Source of the DNA: an uncultured Candidatus Binatia bacterium
GTDB lineage: Bacteria; Desulfobacterota; Binatia; UBA9968; JAJDTQ01
Reading direction: 5' to 3'
NCBI GenBank assembly: GCA_965213675.1
Contig: OZ243916.1
Coordinates: 3,488,001 to 3,552,000, forward strand
Length of the DNA stretch: 64,000 nucleotides
Position 1 is the stretch's first letter, and each line of letters opens with the position of its first letter. This document shows positions 9,967 through 22,561 of the stretch, piece after piece. The position numbers and the translations under genes were made by a program. The notes below the pieces were generated by a model, which searched no databases, was not told the DNA's origin, and was given only the letters and a program-made list of their open reading frames with translations.

Positions 9967-11385
9967 ATGAAAGATGAAAGTCGACAGTTGAGTGCGCGTG
10001 CGTCCGACGGCCAGACGCTGACCCCGGTCATGACGCCGCGCGAGATCGTCTCGGAGCTGGACCGCTACATCGTTGGCCAGCGCGACGCCAAGCGCGCCGT
10101 GGCCGTGGCCGTGCGCAACCGCTGGCGGCGGCAACTGGTGCCCGCGGAGTTGCGTGACGAGATCGCTCCCAAGAACATCATCATGATCGGCCCCACGGGG
10201 GTGGGCAAGACCGAGATCTCCCGCAGGCTGGCCAAGCTGGCGCAGGCGCCGTTCATCAAGGTGGAAGCGTCGAAGTTCACCGAGGTGGGTTACGTCGGCC
10301 GCGACGTGGAGTCCATCATCCGCGACCTCATGGACCTGTCCGTCAAGATGGTGCGGGAAGAGGAACAGGAAAAGGTCCAGGTCAAGGCGCGGGACCTGGC
10401 GGAGGAAAGGGTCCTGGACCTGTTGCTGCCGGAGCCGCAGGCGCCGGAAAACGGGAATGGCGCGGAAGGCGAGAAGAGCGGCGAGAGCCCGGTGGAGCGC
10501 CCGTCACCCGCCACCCGCGAGAAGCTCCGGCGCATGCTCCGGGCCGGGAAGCTGGATGACCGCTCCGTCGACCTCGAACTGACGCAGCACATGACGCCGA
10601 TGATCGAAGTGCTGACGCCGCAGGGCATGGAGGAGATGGAGTCGAACATCAAGGAGATGTTCTCCAACCTCCTGCCCAAGCAGACCAAACGCAAGACGGT
10701 GAAGATCCCCGAAGCCATGAAGCTCCTGACCCAGGAGGAGGCGGCCGGGCTCGTGGACATGGAGACCGTGGTGGGCGAGGCCACGCGCCGGGTGGAGCAG
10801 TCGGGCATCGTGTTCATCGACGAGATCGACAAGATCGCCGGCCGCGAAACCGTGCACGGTCCCGACGTGTCCCGGGAAGGGGTGCAGCGCGACCTCCTGC
10901 CCATCGTGGAGGGGTCGACGGTCAGCTCGAAGTACGGGCTGGTGCGCACCGACCACATCCTGTTCATCGCCTCCGGCGCCTTCCACAACTCCAAGCCGTC
11001 GGACCTGATCCCGGAGTTTCAGGGGCGGTTTCCCATCCGCGTGGAGTTGAGCTCCCTCGACAAGAACGACTTCGTGCGCATTCTGACCGAGCCCAAGAAC
11101 GCGCTCATCCGGCAGTACATGGCGCTCCTGGAGACCGAGAGGATCCGCCTGCACTTTCAGGACGACGCCATCGAGGAGATCGCGCGGATCAGCGCCGAAG
11201 CCAACGAGAAGATGGAGAACATCGGCGCGCGCCGGCTGCACACCATCCTGGAGAAGCTGCTGGACGAGATCTCGTTTACGGCGCCGGAGATGCCGGGTCG
11301 TGAAGTGAGCATCGACGCCGCCTACGTCGGCGAGCGTTTGAACGCGATTCTGAAGGACCAGGATCTGTCCCGGTACATTCTTTAG
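9967..11385 (+). CDS. hslU: ATP-dependent protease ATPase subunit HslU (true start may be 10030)
   Basis: [31 protein letters not shown]-terminal SRYIL. Confidence 0.97.
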   Translation: MKDESRQLSARASDGQTLTPVMTPREIVSELDRYIVGQRDAKRAVAVAVRNRWRRQLVPAELRDEIAPKNIIMIGPTGVGKTEISRRLAKLAQAPFIKVEASKFTEVGYVGRDVESIIRDLMDLSVKMVREEEQEKVQVKARDLAEERVLDLLLPEPQAPENGNGAEGEKSGESPVERPSPATREKLRRMLRAGKLDDRSVDLELTQHMTPMIEVLTPQGMEEMESNIKEMFSNLLPKQTKRKTVKIPEAMKLLTQEEAAGLVDMETVVGEATRRVEQSGIVFIDEIDKIAGRETVHGPDVSREGVQRDLLPIVEGSTVSSKYGLVRTDHILFIASGAFHNSKPSDLIPEFQGRFPIRVELSSLDKNDFVRILTEPKNALIRQYMALLETERIRLHFQDDAIEEIARISAEANEKMENIGARRLHTILEKLLDEISFTAPEMPGREVSIDAAYVGERLNAILKDQDLSRYIL

Positions 11386-11541
11386 GGTAAGTGGATGGTG
11401 TCCTTCGAATTCGCGCCGCTGACAATCCGCTACGCTCGGGACAAGAGTCTTGTTCCTTCCGTTCGTCGCGAGCCCTTGGACAAGTCCCGGACGGGACTTC
11501 GCGGAGCGAATCCGACGGCCACCATTACCGGAGTCGCGTAA

Positions 11542-12426
11542 GTGGAAGACTTCATCGGCAAGGCGGAAGTGTTGCTGGAAGCGCTCCCCTTCATCAAGCG
11601 CTTCCATGGCAAGACGTTCGTGGTCAAGTACGGCGGCTCGGCCATGGTGGACGAGGCGCTCAAGCAGAGCTTCGCCCAGGATGTCGTGTTGCTCAAGTAC
11701 GTCGGCATCAACGTGGTGGTGGTGCACGGCGGCGGTCCCCAGATCAACGAAACGCTGGGGAAGATGGGCATCGAGAGCCGTTACGTGCGCGGCATGCGCG
11801 TCACCGACGCGGAGAGCATCGACATCATCGAGATGGTGTTGGTGGGCAAGGTCAACAAGGAGATCGTCGCGCTCATCAACCAGCACGGCGGCGCCGCGGT
11901 GGGGCTCAGTGGCAAGGACGGCCAGCTCATACTCGCGCGCAAGATGAACGTGACCGTGCCCGGCGACGGCGAGAATACCGAGATCATCGATATCGGCATG
12001 GTGGGAGAGATCGTGCGGGTAGACCCCACGGTCATCCGCTCTCTGGAGGGCAACCGTTTCATTCCGGTCATTGCCCCCGTGGGCGTGGGCGAGACGGGAG
12101 AGACCTACAATATCAACGCGGACCTGGTAGCCGGGCGCGTGGCCGCGGCCGTGGGCGCCGAGAAGCTCATCCTCCTCACCGATGTGGAGGGCGTGCGTGA
12201 CCGCGAGGGGAGCCTGATCAGCACCCTCACCATCGCCGAGTCTACGGACCTTATCCGAAAGGACGTGGTCTCGTCCGGCATGATTCCCAAGGTCGAGTGC
12301 TGCGTGGAAGCTCTCGACGGCGGCGTGGTCAAGACCCATATCATCGACGGCCGGGACCGCCATGCCGTCCTGTTGGAGATCTTCACCGAGCAGGGCGTCG
12401 GCACGGAGGTGATTCGGGGCAGTTAG
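11542..12426 (+). CDS. argB: Acetylglutamate kinase
   Basis: [26 protein letters not shown]. Confidence 0.96.
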   Translation: MEDFIGKAEVLLEALPFIKRFHGKTFVVKYGGSAMVDEALKQSFAQDVVLLKYVGINVVVVHGGGPQINETLGKMGIESRYVRGMRVTDAESIDIIEMVLVGKVNKEIVALINQHGGAAVGLSGKDGQLILARKMNVTVPGDGENTEIIDIGMVGEIVRVDPTVIRSLEGNRFIPVIAPVGVGETGETYNINADLVAGRVAAAVGAEKLILLTDVEGVRDREGSLISTLTIAESTDLIRKDVVSSGMIPKVECCVEALDGGVVKTHIIDGRDRHAVLLEIFTEQGVGTEVIRGS

Positions 12427-12443
12427 GGTTGCGGAACGCAACA

Positions 12444-12608
12444 CTAGTGTGGTGTCTGGTTAATTCGCGTCATAATGTGCGGAGGATTTTTTGTTGTCGG
12501 CAAGGCGCGATGACGAGCAGTGGCGTGTACCACGCGAGGAAGAGCAACGCAGCCGACGGCGAAAAAGACCCGCAGATTATGACGCGAATTAACCAGACAC
12601 CACACTAG
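12444..12608. mobile_element. MITE-like palindromic element, copy 1 (165 bp including CTAG flanks)
   Basis: 33-bp perfect terminal inverted repeat ctagtgtggtgtctggttaattcgcgtcataat; near-identical copies at 38144 and 41832. Confidence 0.85.
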
Positions 12609-12652
12609 GAGCTCAGGCACCATGGTTGTCGCCCTCCGTGCCCGATGGATGC

Positions 12653-13846
12653 ATGATGTCGAATCAGGAAATGCAACAACTGACCGAAGCGCACGTGATG
12701 AACACCTACGCGCGCTTCCCCGTGGCGCTGGTGCGGGGCGAAGGCGTGCGCGTGTGGGACGCCGACGGCAAGGCCTATCTGGACTTCGTCGCGGGCATCG
12801 CCGTGAACAGCCTGGGACACTGCCACCCGGCGGTGGCCAAGGCCGTGTCCGAACAGGTGCGCAGCCTGATCCACGTATCGAACCTCTACCATATCGAACC
12901 CCAGGCACGGCTGGCCCAAGCGCTGTGCGAGCACTCCTTCGCCGACCGGGTGTTCTTCTGCAACAGCGGCGCCGAGGCCAACGAGGCCGCCATCAAGCTG
13001 GCGCGGCGTTACGGCGCGGAACGCGGCCAGGGCCGAAACGAGGTCCTCACCGCCCTCAACTCCTTTCACGGGCGTACCCTCGCCACCCTGACGGCCACCG
13101 GCCAGGAGAAGATCCGTCTGGGCTACGATCCGCTCCCGCCGGGGTTCCGCTACGTTCCTTTCAACGACCTGGATGCGGTGGAGGACGCGGTGGACGAACG
13201 CACCGCGGCGATCCTGGTGGAGCCCATCCAGGGTGAGGGCGGCGTAGTGGTGCCGGATGCATCCTACATGCGCGGGCTGCGGCAACTCTGCGACGACAAG
13301 GAATTGCTCTTGATGTTCGACGAGGTGCAGGTGGGCATGGGGCGCACCGGCCGGCTCTTTGGCTATGAGCACTTCGGCGTCGAGCCCGACGTCATGACCT
13401 TGGCCAAAGCCCTGGGCGGCGGCCTTCCCCTGGGCGCCATGCTGGCGCGGGAGGATGTGGCCAGGAGCTTTCCGCCCGGATCCCACGCCTCCACCTTCGG
13501 CGGCAACCCCGTGGTGTGCTCCGCCGGGTTGGCGGTTATGAGGACCCTCGTGGAAGAGGGCGTGGTGGAGCACGGCGCGGCCATGGGCGACCTGCTGCGC
13601 AAGGGGCTGGAGGCGCTGGCGCAGCGTTTCGGCTTCATCCGCGAGGTGCGCGGCAAGGGCTTGCTGCTGGGCATGGAAATGGACCGCGAGTGCGGCCCCC
13701 TGGTCCAGGAATGCATGAAGGAAGGGCTGTTGGTGGTGCTCGCGGGTCCCAACGTGCTGCGCATGGTGCCGCCGCTCACCGTGTCGGAGACGGACGTGGA
13801 GGAGGCGCTGGGCATTCTGGAGCGGGTGCTGGAGCGTGTCGGGTAG
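12653..13846 (+). CDS. argD: Acetylornithine aminotransferase
   Basis: NSGAEANE, FHGRT, EPIQGEGG, DEVQ, TLAKALGGG; within the arg operon. Confidence 0.94.
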   Translation: MMSNQEMQQLTEAHVMNTYARFPVALVRGEGVRVWDADGKAYLDFVAGIAVNSLGHCHPAVAKAVSEQVRSLIHVSNLYHIEPQARLAQALCEHSFADRVFFCNSGAEANEAAIKLARRYGAERGQGRNEVLTALNSFHGRTLATLTATGQEKIRLGYDPLPPGFRYVPFNDLDAVEDAVDERTAAILVEPIQGEGGVVVPDASYMRGLRQLCDDKELLLMFDEVQVGMGRTGRLFGYEHFGVEPDVMTLAKALGGGLPLGAMLAREDVARSFPPGSHASTFGGNPVVCSAGLAVMRTLVEEGVVEHGAAMGDLLRKGLEALAQRFGFIREVRGKGLLLGMEMDRECGPLVQECMKEGLLVVLAGPNVLRMVPPLTVSETDVEEALGILERVLERVG

Positions 13847-13886
13847 CGCGTCGGGTTTTTTCGAATCGTAGCGGGGCGGGACCAGG

Positions 13887-14795
13887 ATGAAACGCGACGT
13901 ACGGACATTGCGGGACCTCACGCGCGCAGACATGGAGGAAGTGCTCTCCCTGGGCGCGACTCTCAAGCGGGAACGCGCGGAGGGACGGTTGCGCCCGCTT
14001 CTGGCCGGGAAGAAGCTCGCCCTGCTGTTCCAGAAGCCCAGCCTGCGCACCCGCGCCACCTTCGACCTCGGCATGACCGAACTGGGCGGTAGCGCGCTCT
14101 TCCTCGGGCCGGACGAGGTGCAGCTCGGTTCCCGGGAAACACCGGCCGACTGCGTGCGCGTGCTGGACCGTCTGGTGGACATCATCGCCGCGCGCACCTT
14201 TGCCCACGAGATCGTGGAGGAACTGGCCCGTCACGGCGCCGTGCCGGTGATCAACGCGCTTTCCGACCTGTATCACCCGTGCCAGGTGCTGGCCGACCTC
14301 CTGACCCTGCGCGAGCGCAAGGGCAGCATCGAGGGCCGCCGCGTGGTGTTCGTGGGCGACGGCAACAACGTGGCGCATTCCTGGCTTCTGGCGGCGGAGA
14401 AACTGCCGTTCCGCTTCACCCTGGCGTGCCCCGAGGGGTTCGAGCCCGACCGGGAGATCCTCGATTCGGCGGTGGCCGCGGGCGCGGATGCGCATGTCAC
14501 CCACGATGCGGCCGCGGCGGTGGAGGGCGCCGACGCCATCTACACCGACGTGTGGGCGAGCATGGGGCAGGAGGCGGAGGCCGGCGACCGCCGGCGGGCG
14601 TTCGCCCCCTTCCAGGTCAATGGGGAACTGGTGGCGCGGGCCAGGGACGACGTGGCGGTCATGCACTGCCTCCCGGCCCACCGCGGCGAGGAAATCACCG
14701 GCGAGGTCCTCGAAGGTCCGCGCTCGGTGGTGTTCGATCAGGCGGAGAATCGTCTTCACGCGCAGAAGGCGTTGATGGTGTGGTGTCTGGCGTAG
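13887..14795 (+). CDS. argF: Ornithine carbamoyltransferase
   Basis: [31 protein letters not shown]. Confidence 0.95.
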   Translation: MKRDVRTLRDLTRADMEEVLSLGATLKRERAEGRLRPLLAGKKLALLFQKPSLRTRATFDLGMTELGGSALFLGPDEVQLGSRETPADCVRVLDRLVDIIAARTFAHEIVEELARHGAVPVINALSDLYHPCQVLADLLTLRERKGSIEGRRVVFVGDGNNVAHSWLLAAEKLPFRFTLACPEGFEPDREILDSAVAAGADAHVTHDAAAAVEGADAIYTDVWASMGQEAEAGDRRRAFAPFQVNGELVARARDDVAVMHCLPAHRGEEITGEVLEGPRSVVFDQAENRLHAQKALMVWCLA

Positions 14796-14859
14796 CAGTG
14801 CGCGGCGCGCGGGAAGCGCGCCAGGAACTTGGGCCGCCCTGCAACTCGAAGAGGGATTC

Positions 14860-16059
<1,200 letters not shown>

Positions 16060-16067
16060 GCGAGGGC

Positions 16068-17441
16068 ATGGCGCAGAAGAAACAGCTCTGGGGCGGCCGC
16101 TTCGCCGGCTCCACCGCGGACTCCGTGGTGGCCTTCACCGCGTCCGTGGACGTGGACCGGCGCCTGTACCGGCATGACATCGCCGGCAGCATCGCCCATG
16201 CCCGCATGCTGGGCAAGCAGGGCATCATTCGCGCAGGCGACGCGCGCAAGATCGTCGCGGGACTGCGCGCCGTCGAGAAGGAGATCGCCAAGGGCGCGTT
16301 CCCCTTCAGCCTCGCCGACGAAGACATTCACATGAACATCGAGCGGCGGCTCACCGAGAAGATCGGCGCCGTCGGCGAGAAGCTCCACACCGCCCGGAGC
16401 CGCAACGACCAGGTGAACCTGGACACGCGGCTCTATCTGCGGGAGGCGCTCGACGGCATCCTGAAGGGCCTGGAGGCGTTGCAGCAGGCGCTGGCCCGCG
16501 CCGCGCGGCGCAACGAGACCGTCGTGATGCCCGGCTACACGCACCTGCAGCGCGCCCAGCCAGTGCTCTTCGCGCACCACCTGCTGGCCTACGTGGAGAT
16601 GTTCGAGCGTGACAAGGGGCGCTACCGTCACTGCCGGGAAGAAACCGATGTCATGCCCTTGGGCTCCGGCGCGCTGGCGGGCACCACCTTTCCCATCGAC
16701 CGGGCTTACGTGGCCAAACTCCTGGGCTTCCCGCGCCTCACCCGGAACAGCATCGATGCGGTGAGCGACCGGGACTTCGTGCTGGAGTTCCTGTCCGCGT
16801 CCGCCATCCTCTTCGTGCACCTGAGCCGCATGGCGGACGAGTTGATCCTTTGGTCCAGCGAGGAGTTCGGCTTCATCGAGCTGCCGGACGCCTACTGCAC
16901 CGGCAGTTCCATGATGCCGCAGAAGAAGAACCCCGACGTGGCCGAACTGATCCGCGGCAAGACGGGCCGGGTCTACGGCCACCTGAACGCGCTCCTGACC
17001 ATCATGAAGGGGCTGCCGCTGGCCTACAACCGCGACCTTCAGGAGGACAAGGAGCCGCTGTTCGACACGGTGGACACGGTGACGGCGTGCCTGGCCATGG
17101 CCCGTGATCTGTTCCATGGGCTCACGGTGCGCGGCGAGCGCATGGCCGCGGCCGCGGAGCAGGGCTTCATGAACGCCACCGATCTGGCCGACTACCTCGT
17201 GGGCCGGGGCCTCAGCTTCCGCGCCGCCCACGACGTGGTGGGCCGCGCCGTGCGCCACTGCATCGACGCCGGGTGCAAACTGGAGGAATTGTCGCTTGAG
17301 GATCTCCAGGGCCATTGCCCGGAAATCGGCGTGGACGTCTACAAGGTCCTGACACTGCGCGCCGGCGTTGAACGCCGCCGCGCCCCCGGCGGCACCGCGC
17401 CCGTGAACGTGCGCCGCCAACTGAAGAAGCTGGGGGTATGA
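16068..17441 (+). CDS. argH: Argininosuccinate lyase
   Basis: LWGGRF, HTARSRNDQV, GSSMMPQKKNPD; start trimmed from the longer track ORF. Confidence 0.96.
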   Translation: MAQKKQLWGGRFAGSTADSVVAFTASVDVDRRLYRHDIAGSIAHARMLGKQGIIRAGDARKIVAGLRAVEKEIAKGAFPFSLADEDIHMNIERRLTEKIGAVGEKLHTARSRNDQVNLDTRLYLREALDGILKGLEALQQALARAARRNETVVMPGYTHLQRAQPVLFAHHLLAYVEMFERDKGRYRHCREETDVMPLGSGALAGTTFPIDRAYVAKLLGFPRLTRNSIDAVSDRDFVLEFLSASAILFVHLSRMADELILWSSEEFGFIELPDAYCTGSSMMPQKKNPDVAELIRGKTGRVYGHLNALLTIMKGLPLAYNRDLQEDKEPLFDTVDTVTACLAMARDLFHGLTVRGERMAAAAEQGFMNATDLADYLVGRGLSFRAAHDVVGRAVRHCIDAGCKLEELSLEDLQGHCPEIGVDVYKVLTLRAGVERRRAPGGTAPVNVRRQLKKLGV

Positions 17442-17944
17442 TGGCAACCGTTTCGACACGGAGGCTACACTCTGCAGGGCGAACGGATGTTCGGCGGGCG
17501 CGCGGTGCGGTAGCCGGTCTTGTGTGCCTGCTCCTTGTGCTGGTCGCGGGCTGTGGCCGCATGGGGCCGCCGCGGGCGGCGGACCTGGTGGAGCCGGTGG
17601 CCATCAGCGATCTGACCCTGGTGCTCGCGGACCGCAGCGTCCGCCTGGGCTGGTCGCATCCCCGGATCGCCCTCGACGGCCGGCCCCTCACGGACCTTTC
17701 CGGGTTCGTGGTGTACCGCAAGAACACGCCGGCGAATTGCCCGGACTGCAACCCGGCCTACGGCGAGCGGGCGGTGATCCACGTGGAGGACGAGGGGCGC
17801 TTCTTCAAGCGGTCGGAATACACGTTTACGGACACGGAGCTTCAAGCCGGCCGGGTCTACCGGTATCGGGTCCGCGTCCGGTTGTCGGACGGCTCCCTCA
17901 GTCAGCCGTCCAACGAGGTCAGCATCGAATGGCAACGGCAGTAG
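17438..17944 (+). CDS. Putative lipoprotein with FN3-like domain
   Basis: Hydrophobic stretch plus lipobox VAGC-GRMGPP; CPDC; YTFTDTEL...YRYRV FN3-like pattern. Confidence 0.7.
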   Translation: MMATVSTRRLHSAGRTDVRRARGAVAGLVCLLLVLVAGCGRMGPPRAADLVEPVAISDLTLVLADRSVRLGWSHPRIALDGRPLTDLSGFVVYRKNTPANCPDCNPAYGERAVIHVEDEGRFFKRSEYTFTDTELQAGRVYRYRVRVRLSDGSLSQPSNEVSIEWQRQ

Positions 17945-19194
17945 AACGTTTCACCCACAGGAACGACGAGATGGTTTGCGAGGACGTCCCGATCCGGGAC
18001 GTGGTGGAGGCGGTGGGGACGCCGGTGTACGTATACAGCCTGGCGCGGTTGCGCGACGCCTTCCGCGCCTTCGACCAGGCCTTCGCGGACACGCGCCATC
18101 TGGTGTGCTTCTCGGTCAAGGCCAACTCCAACCTCGCGGTGCTGCGCGCCTTCGTGAACGAGGGCTCGGGGTTCGACATCGTGTCGGGCGGCGAGCTGTT
18201 CCGCGCGCTCAAGGCCGGCGCCGACCCGCGCAAGGTGGTCTTCTCCGGCGTGGGCAAGACCCGCGACGAGATGGCGTACGCGCTGCGTTCCGGCATCCTC
18301 ATGTTCAACGTCGAGTCGGAGCAGGAGCTGGAGGCGCTGAACGAGGTGGCGGGCGGCATGGGCGTGACCGCGCCGGTAAGCTTTCGCATCAATCCCGACG
18401 TGGACCCGCAGACCCATCCGTACATCTCCACGGGCATGAAGAAGAGCAAGTTCGGCATCGCCATGGACCCGGCGGCCGCGGCCTACCGCCGCGCCATCGC
18501 GCTGCCTCACATCGATGTGGTGGGCGTGGACTGCCACATCGGCTCCCAGCTCACGTCCACCGCGCCGTTCTCGGACGCCGCCGCGCGTGTGCGCGCGTTC
18601 GTCGAGGCGCTGCGGCGCGACGGGGCGAACATCCGCTACGTGGACCTGGGCGGGGGGCTCGGCATCCGCTACGACGACGAGGAGCCGCCCGATCCCCGCG
18701 ATTACGCCAGGGCGCTGACGGGCGGGCTCGGCGATCAGGACGTGACACTGGTGCTGGAGCCCGGCCGGTCCATGGTGGGCAACGCCGGCATTCTGGTCAC
18801 CCGCGTGCTTTACCTCAAGCGGGGCGAGGCCAAGAACTTCGTGGTGGTGGACGGCGCCATGAACGACCTCATCCGCCCGTCGCTCTACGGCGCCTTCCAG
18901 GGCGTGCGGCCGGTGGTGCGGCGAGAGGCCGCGCTCATGACCGCCGACGTGGTCGGACCCATCTGCGAAAGCGGCGACTTCCTGGCCCAGGACCGCGAGA
19001 TCGAGACGCCGGCGCCGGGGGACCTGCTGGCGGTGATGAGCGCCGGCGCCTACGGCTTCACCATGGCGTCCAACTACAATACGCGCCCGCGCGCCGCCGA
19101 GGTGCTGGTGGACGGCAAGGACTTCGCCGTGGTGCGGGAACGCGAAACCCTGGAAAGCCTCGTGGCCGGGGAGACGATCCCGGCGCTGCTGTAA
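17929..19194 (+). CDS. lysA: Diaminopimelate decarboxylase
   Basis: SVKANSN, HIGSQ, DLGGG, EPGR, GPICESGD, MASNYN. Confidence 0.96.
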   Translation: MATAVERFTHRNDEMVCEDVPIRDVVEAVGTPVYVYSLARLRDAFRAFDQAFADTRHLVCFSVKANSNLAVLRAFVNEGSGFDIVSGGELFRALKAGADPRKVVFSGVGKTRDEMAYALRSGILMFNVESEQELEALNEVAGGMGVTAPVSFRINPDVDPQTHPYISTGMKKSKFGIAMDPAAAAYRRAIALPHIDVVGVDCHIGSQLTSTAPFSDAAARVRAFVEALRRDGANIRYVDLGGGLGIRYDDEEPPDPRDYARALTGGLGDQDVTLVLEPGRSMVGNAGILVTRVLYLKRGEAKNFVVVDGAMNDLIRPSLYGAFQGVRPVVRREAALMTADVVGPICESGDFLAQDREIETPAPGDLLAVMSAGAYGFTMASNYNTRPRAAEVLVDGKDFAVVRERETLESLVAGETIPALL

Positions 19195-19348
19195 TGGGGT
19201 GCGCCAAGGATGGGTGCGCCAAACGCGCTCATGGGACCGCGGGGACAGGCTTGGGGTCGCCGGGCGTCCTTCGTGTTGAAGCCTGTCCCGAGCGCGGCGC
19301 AGCGGTGTCGAGGGGACGCCAGCTTTCCGCCGATGCTACGGGGGAGTC

Positions 19349-20170
19349 ATGACCGAACTCACGTTCACCAAGATGCACGGCTGCGGCAACGACTTCGTGG
19401 TGCTGGACTGCATGGAGCGGTCGCCCTCGGACTTGGCGGCAATCGCAAGGAACCTGTGTCACCGCCGATTCGGCGTGGGCGCGGACCAGTTGCTCACCGT
19501 GCGCCCGTCGGAATCGGCGGACTTTCGCATGGAGATCTACAATGCCGACGGCGGCGAGGTGGAGATGTGCGGCAACGGCATCCGTTGCTTCGCCAAGTAC
19601 GTCTACGAGCACGGCCTGACCGGGAAGCGGGAACTCGAGGTGGATACCCTCGCCGGCATCATTCGTCCGCGTCTCAAGGGCGACCGCGTCGAAGTGGACA
19701 TGGGCCGGCCCGTGCTCGAAGGCCGCGACATCCCGGTGGACGCCGGCGGCCGCATCGTGAACCGGCCGCTCACCGTGGACGGTCAGGAATATGCGGTCAC
19801 CTGCGTGTCCATGGGCAATCCCCACTGCGTAGTCTACGTCGGCGACGTGGAGCCGCTGGACCTGCCCCGCCTGGGACCCCTTTTCGAGCACCACGCCTTC
19901 TTCCCCAACCGCGTGAACACCGAGTTCGTCCAGGTGCTGGCGTCCGACGAGGTGCGCATGCGCGTGTGGGAGCGCGGCGCCGGCGAGACCTGGGCCTGCG
20001 GCACCGGCGCCTGCGCGGCGGGCGTGGCCGGCGCATTGACCGGCAGAACCGGGAAGAAGATTACGGTTCACCTCATCGGCGGCGACCTGGAGATCCACTG
20101 GGCCGGCGACGATCGGGTCTACATGACTGGCCCCGCACAGGAGGTCTTTCAAGGGAGCATCCGCGTGTGA
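19349..20170 (+). CDS. dapF: Diaminopimelate epimerase
   Basis: KMHGCGNDF, MCGNGIRC, MGNPH, ERGAGETWACGTG. Confidence 0.96.
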   Translation: MTELTFTKMHGCGNDFVVLDCMERSPSDLAAIARNLCHRRFGVGADQLLTVRPSESADFRMEIYNADGGEVEMCGNGIRCFAKYVYEHGLTGKRELEVDTLAGIIRPRLKGDRVEVDMGRPVLEGRDIPVDAGGRIVNRPLTVDGQEYAVTCVSMGNPHCVVYVGDVEPLDLPRLGPLFEHHAFFPNRVNTEFVQVLASDEVRMRVWERGAGETWACGTGACAAGVAGALTGRTGKKITVHLIGGDLEIHWAGDDRVYMTGPAQEVFQGSIRV

Positions 20171-20306
20171 CCGTGAGCCTGAAGTGTGCCCGCGCGGCCC
20201 GAAGGAAGTGGCGCCAACGCCCCGAGTCGTCATTCCCGCCGAACAGGCCGTGTCGACGCATGATCCGAGAAAGAGGCGTCGAGCAAAGAAAAAGAGGGAC
20301 AACCCG

Positions 20307-21185
20307 ATGTTTACCGGATCGATGACGGCCATGGTGACTCCGTTCAGGGACGGCGGCGTGGACTACGCCGCGCTTGAGGCGCTTGTGGAGTTCCAGATCG
20401 AACAGGGCTCCCACGGGCTGGTGCCATGCGGCTCCACCGGGGAGTCGGCCACCCTGGACCACGACGAGCACCATGCGGTCATCAAGGCCGTGGTGCGCGC
20501 GGCGCGGCAACGGGTCCCGGTCATCGCGGGCACGGGCTCCAATTCCACCCAGGAAGCCATGGAACTCACCCGTGCGGCGGAGCAGTCGGGCGCGGACGGC
20601 GCGCTGCTCATCTCGCCCTACTACAACAAGCCCACCCAGGAGGGGATTTATCACCACTACCGCGCCGTGGCCGGGCACGTGGGCATCCCCCTCATCGTCT
20701 ACAACATCCCCGGCCGGACCGCCTCGAAGATGGAGCCCGAGACCCTGGCGCGGCTGGCGGAGATCGGCAACGTCGTGGGCGTGAAGGAGGCCACCGGGTC
20801 GGTGGACCAGGCCATGGACGTCATCCGGCTGTGCGGCGACTCCCTGGCGGTCTACTCCGGCGAGGATTCGCTGGTGTATTCGCTCATGACCTTGGGCGGC
20901 AAGGGCGTCATCACCACCACTGGCAACGTCGCGCCCCGGGCCATGGCCGACCTCACGGAAGCGTGCCTGCGGGAAGACTGGGCCACCGGCCGCCGGATCC
21001 AGTTCGAACTGATGCCGTTGATCCGGTGTCTTTTCAGCGAGACCAATCCCATCCCTGTCAAGGCGGCGTTGGCCGCCATGGGCAAGTGCGGCCCGGAGAT
21101 CCGCCTGCCGCTGACTCCCATGACCGAGCCGAACCTCAAGCGGCTGAAGGGCGCCATGACCGATCAGGGCTTGATTCCGTCATGA
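20307..21185 (+). CDS. dapA: 4-hydroxy-tetrahydrodipicolinate synthase
   Basis: GSTGES, PYYNKP, YNIPGRT, KEATG, ETNPIPVK. Confidence 0.96.
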   Translation: MFTGSMTAMVTPFRDGGVDYAALEALVEFQIEQGSHGLVPCGSTGESATLDHDEHHAVIKAVVRAARQRVPVIAGTGSNSTQEAMELTRAAEQSGADGALLISPYYNKPTQEGIYHHYRAVAGHVGIPLIVYNIPGRTASKMEPETLARLAEIGNVVGVKEATGSVDQAMDVIRLCGDSLAVYSGEDSLVYSLMTLGGKGVITTTGNVAPRAMADLTEACLREDWATGRRIQFELMPLIRCLFSETNPIPVKAALAAMGKCGPEIRLPLTPMTEPNLKRLKGAMTDQGLIPS

Positions 21186-21210
21186 CCTGGACGCCTGCAC
21201 CGGTAGTCTC

Positions 21211-22032
21211 ATGAGAAATTCCCTGGGCCTGATCGTTTGCGGGGTGGGCGGAAGGATGGGCGGCGCCATCGTGCGCCTGATCCGGGAAACCCCGGGTGTC
21301 GTCCTGGCCGGGGCCACGGACCGCCCCGGCAGCCCGCGGCTCGGGCAGGACGCCGGCGCGGTGGCGGGGGCCGGGCATGTGGGCGTCGCCATTGGCGGGG
21401 GTCTCGACCCAGCGGCCGCGCAAGGTGCCGTTATCGTGGACTTTACGACCCCCGAGGCTTCCGTGGACCACATGAAGGCGGCGGCCAGGACCGCCACTCC
21501 CATCGTCATCGGCACGACGGGCTTCAACGCCCGGCAACTCCGGCAGATACGCACCTTGGCGGCCCGGACTCCCACCGTGCTCGCGCCCAACATGAGCCTC
21601 GGGGTGAACCTCCTGCTGGACCTGGTGGGCCGGGTTGCCCGCAGCCTTGGTGACGCCTACGACGTGGAGATCGTGGAGGCGCACCACCGGTTCAAGAAAG
21701 ACGCCCCCAGCGGCACGGCGCTGGCACTGGCCCGGGCCGCGGGCGACGCCTTGGGGCGCAAGCTGGAACGGGTGGGTGTGGAGGGCCGCAGCGGGATTGG
21801 CGAGCGAAAGAAGGCCGACATCGGTCTTCTTTCCGTGCGCGCCGGCGATATCGCAGGCGAGCACACGGTGATGTTCGGCGGCATCGGAGAAAGGATCGAG
21901 CTGGTCCACCGAGCCCACAGCCGGGACGCTTTCGGCCGCGGCGCCATTCGAGCGGCGCAGTGGCTGGCGGGCAAGGAGAACGGCCTTCACGGAATGCAGG
22001 ACGTGTTGGGACTCGCGGAGGGGCGGGGCTGA
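21211..22032 (+). CDS. dapB: 4-hydroxy-tetrahydrodipicolinate reductase
   Basis: GRMG, VIGTTG, APNMSLG, EAHHRFKKDAPSGTA. Confidence 0.96.
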   Translation: MRNSLGLIVCGVGGRMGGAIVRLIRETPGVVLAGATDRPGSPRLGQDAGAVAGAGHVGVAIGGGLDPAAAQGAVIVDFTTPEASVDHMKAAARTATPIVIGTTGFNARQLRQIRTLAARTPTVLAPNMSLGVNLLLDLVGRVARSLGDAYDVEIVEAHHRFKKDAPSGTALALARAAGDALGRKLERVGVEGRSGIGERKKADIGLLSVRAGDIAGEHTVMFGGIGERIELVHRAHSRDAFGRGAIRAAQWLAGKENGLHGMQDVLGLAEGRG

Positions 22033-22203
22033 CCCTGGCTTGGACGACCTCGGGTCCATCTCACGGTCCCCGATTCCACCGAAGCTTGCGGGCGGCGTGC
22101 CGTAACGGCGGCAGTTCCCCTTCGCGGCGCAGGCGGAAGCGTTCGGCGCTCGTCTTCGGTTGACATACGGAGCCCCATATATTAATCGTTCTTCCCATTC
22201 TAA

Positions 22204-22554
22204 GTGGCTTCAGAACATCCAAAATCCGACCTTGAGTCGACGGAAGCGGAAGTGGAACGGCTTGCCGAGCGCATTGGCCGGTTGATTCGATCCGTCGATC
22301 CGGAGAAGCGGGAGGATCTGAAGGAACTGGCCTTCTCGCTGGTGCGTGAGGAGTTGATCCGGGGCGAGGAGCCGCAACGGGAAGCGATTGGGTCCACCCC
22401 GGCGCCGATGAATCCCCTGGGCGCGGGGGTGCTGTTTTTCGTACTGGGGGCGGGACTTTCCTTCGTGTTCGGTCCGGTGGGTTTGGCGTTGATGGCGGGC
22501 GGCCTGTTCTTCATGGTCTGGGGGGCCGCCATTAGCTGGTTCAAAAGGAAGTAG
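22204..22554 (+). CDS. Hypothetical membrane protein
   Basis: N-terminal helical region plus two C-terminal hydrophobic segments; directly upstream of the Rieske gene. Confidence 0.65.
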   Translation: MASEHPKSDLESTEAEVERLAERIGRLIRSVDPEKREDLKELAFSLVREELIRGEEPQREAIGSTPAPMNPLGAGVLFFVLGAGLSFVFGPVGLALMAGGLFFMVWGAAISWFKRK

Positions 22555-22561
22555 GGGCGCG

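Noticed and set aside
12297-12908. Recurrent peptide VWCLVNSRHN...MTRINQTPH in several ORFs
   Set aside because: It is the translation of the palindromic MITE-like element on either strand; there is no independent evidence of a gene.
22160-22186. Sigma70 or sigma32 promoter before the Rieske cluster (TTGACA; CCCCATAT)
   Set aside because: The spacing does not fit either consensus cleanly, so it was not called.
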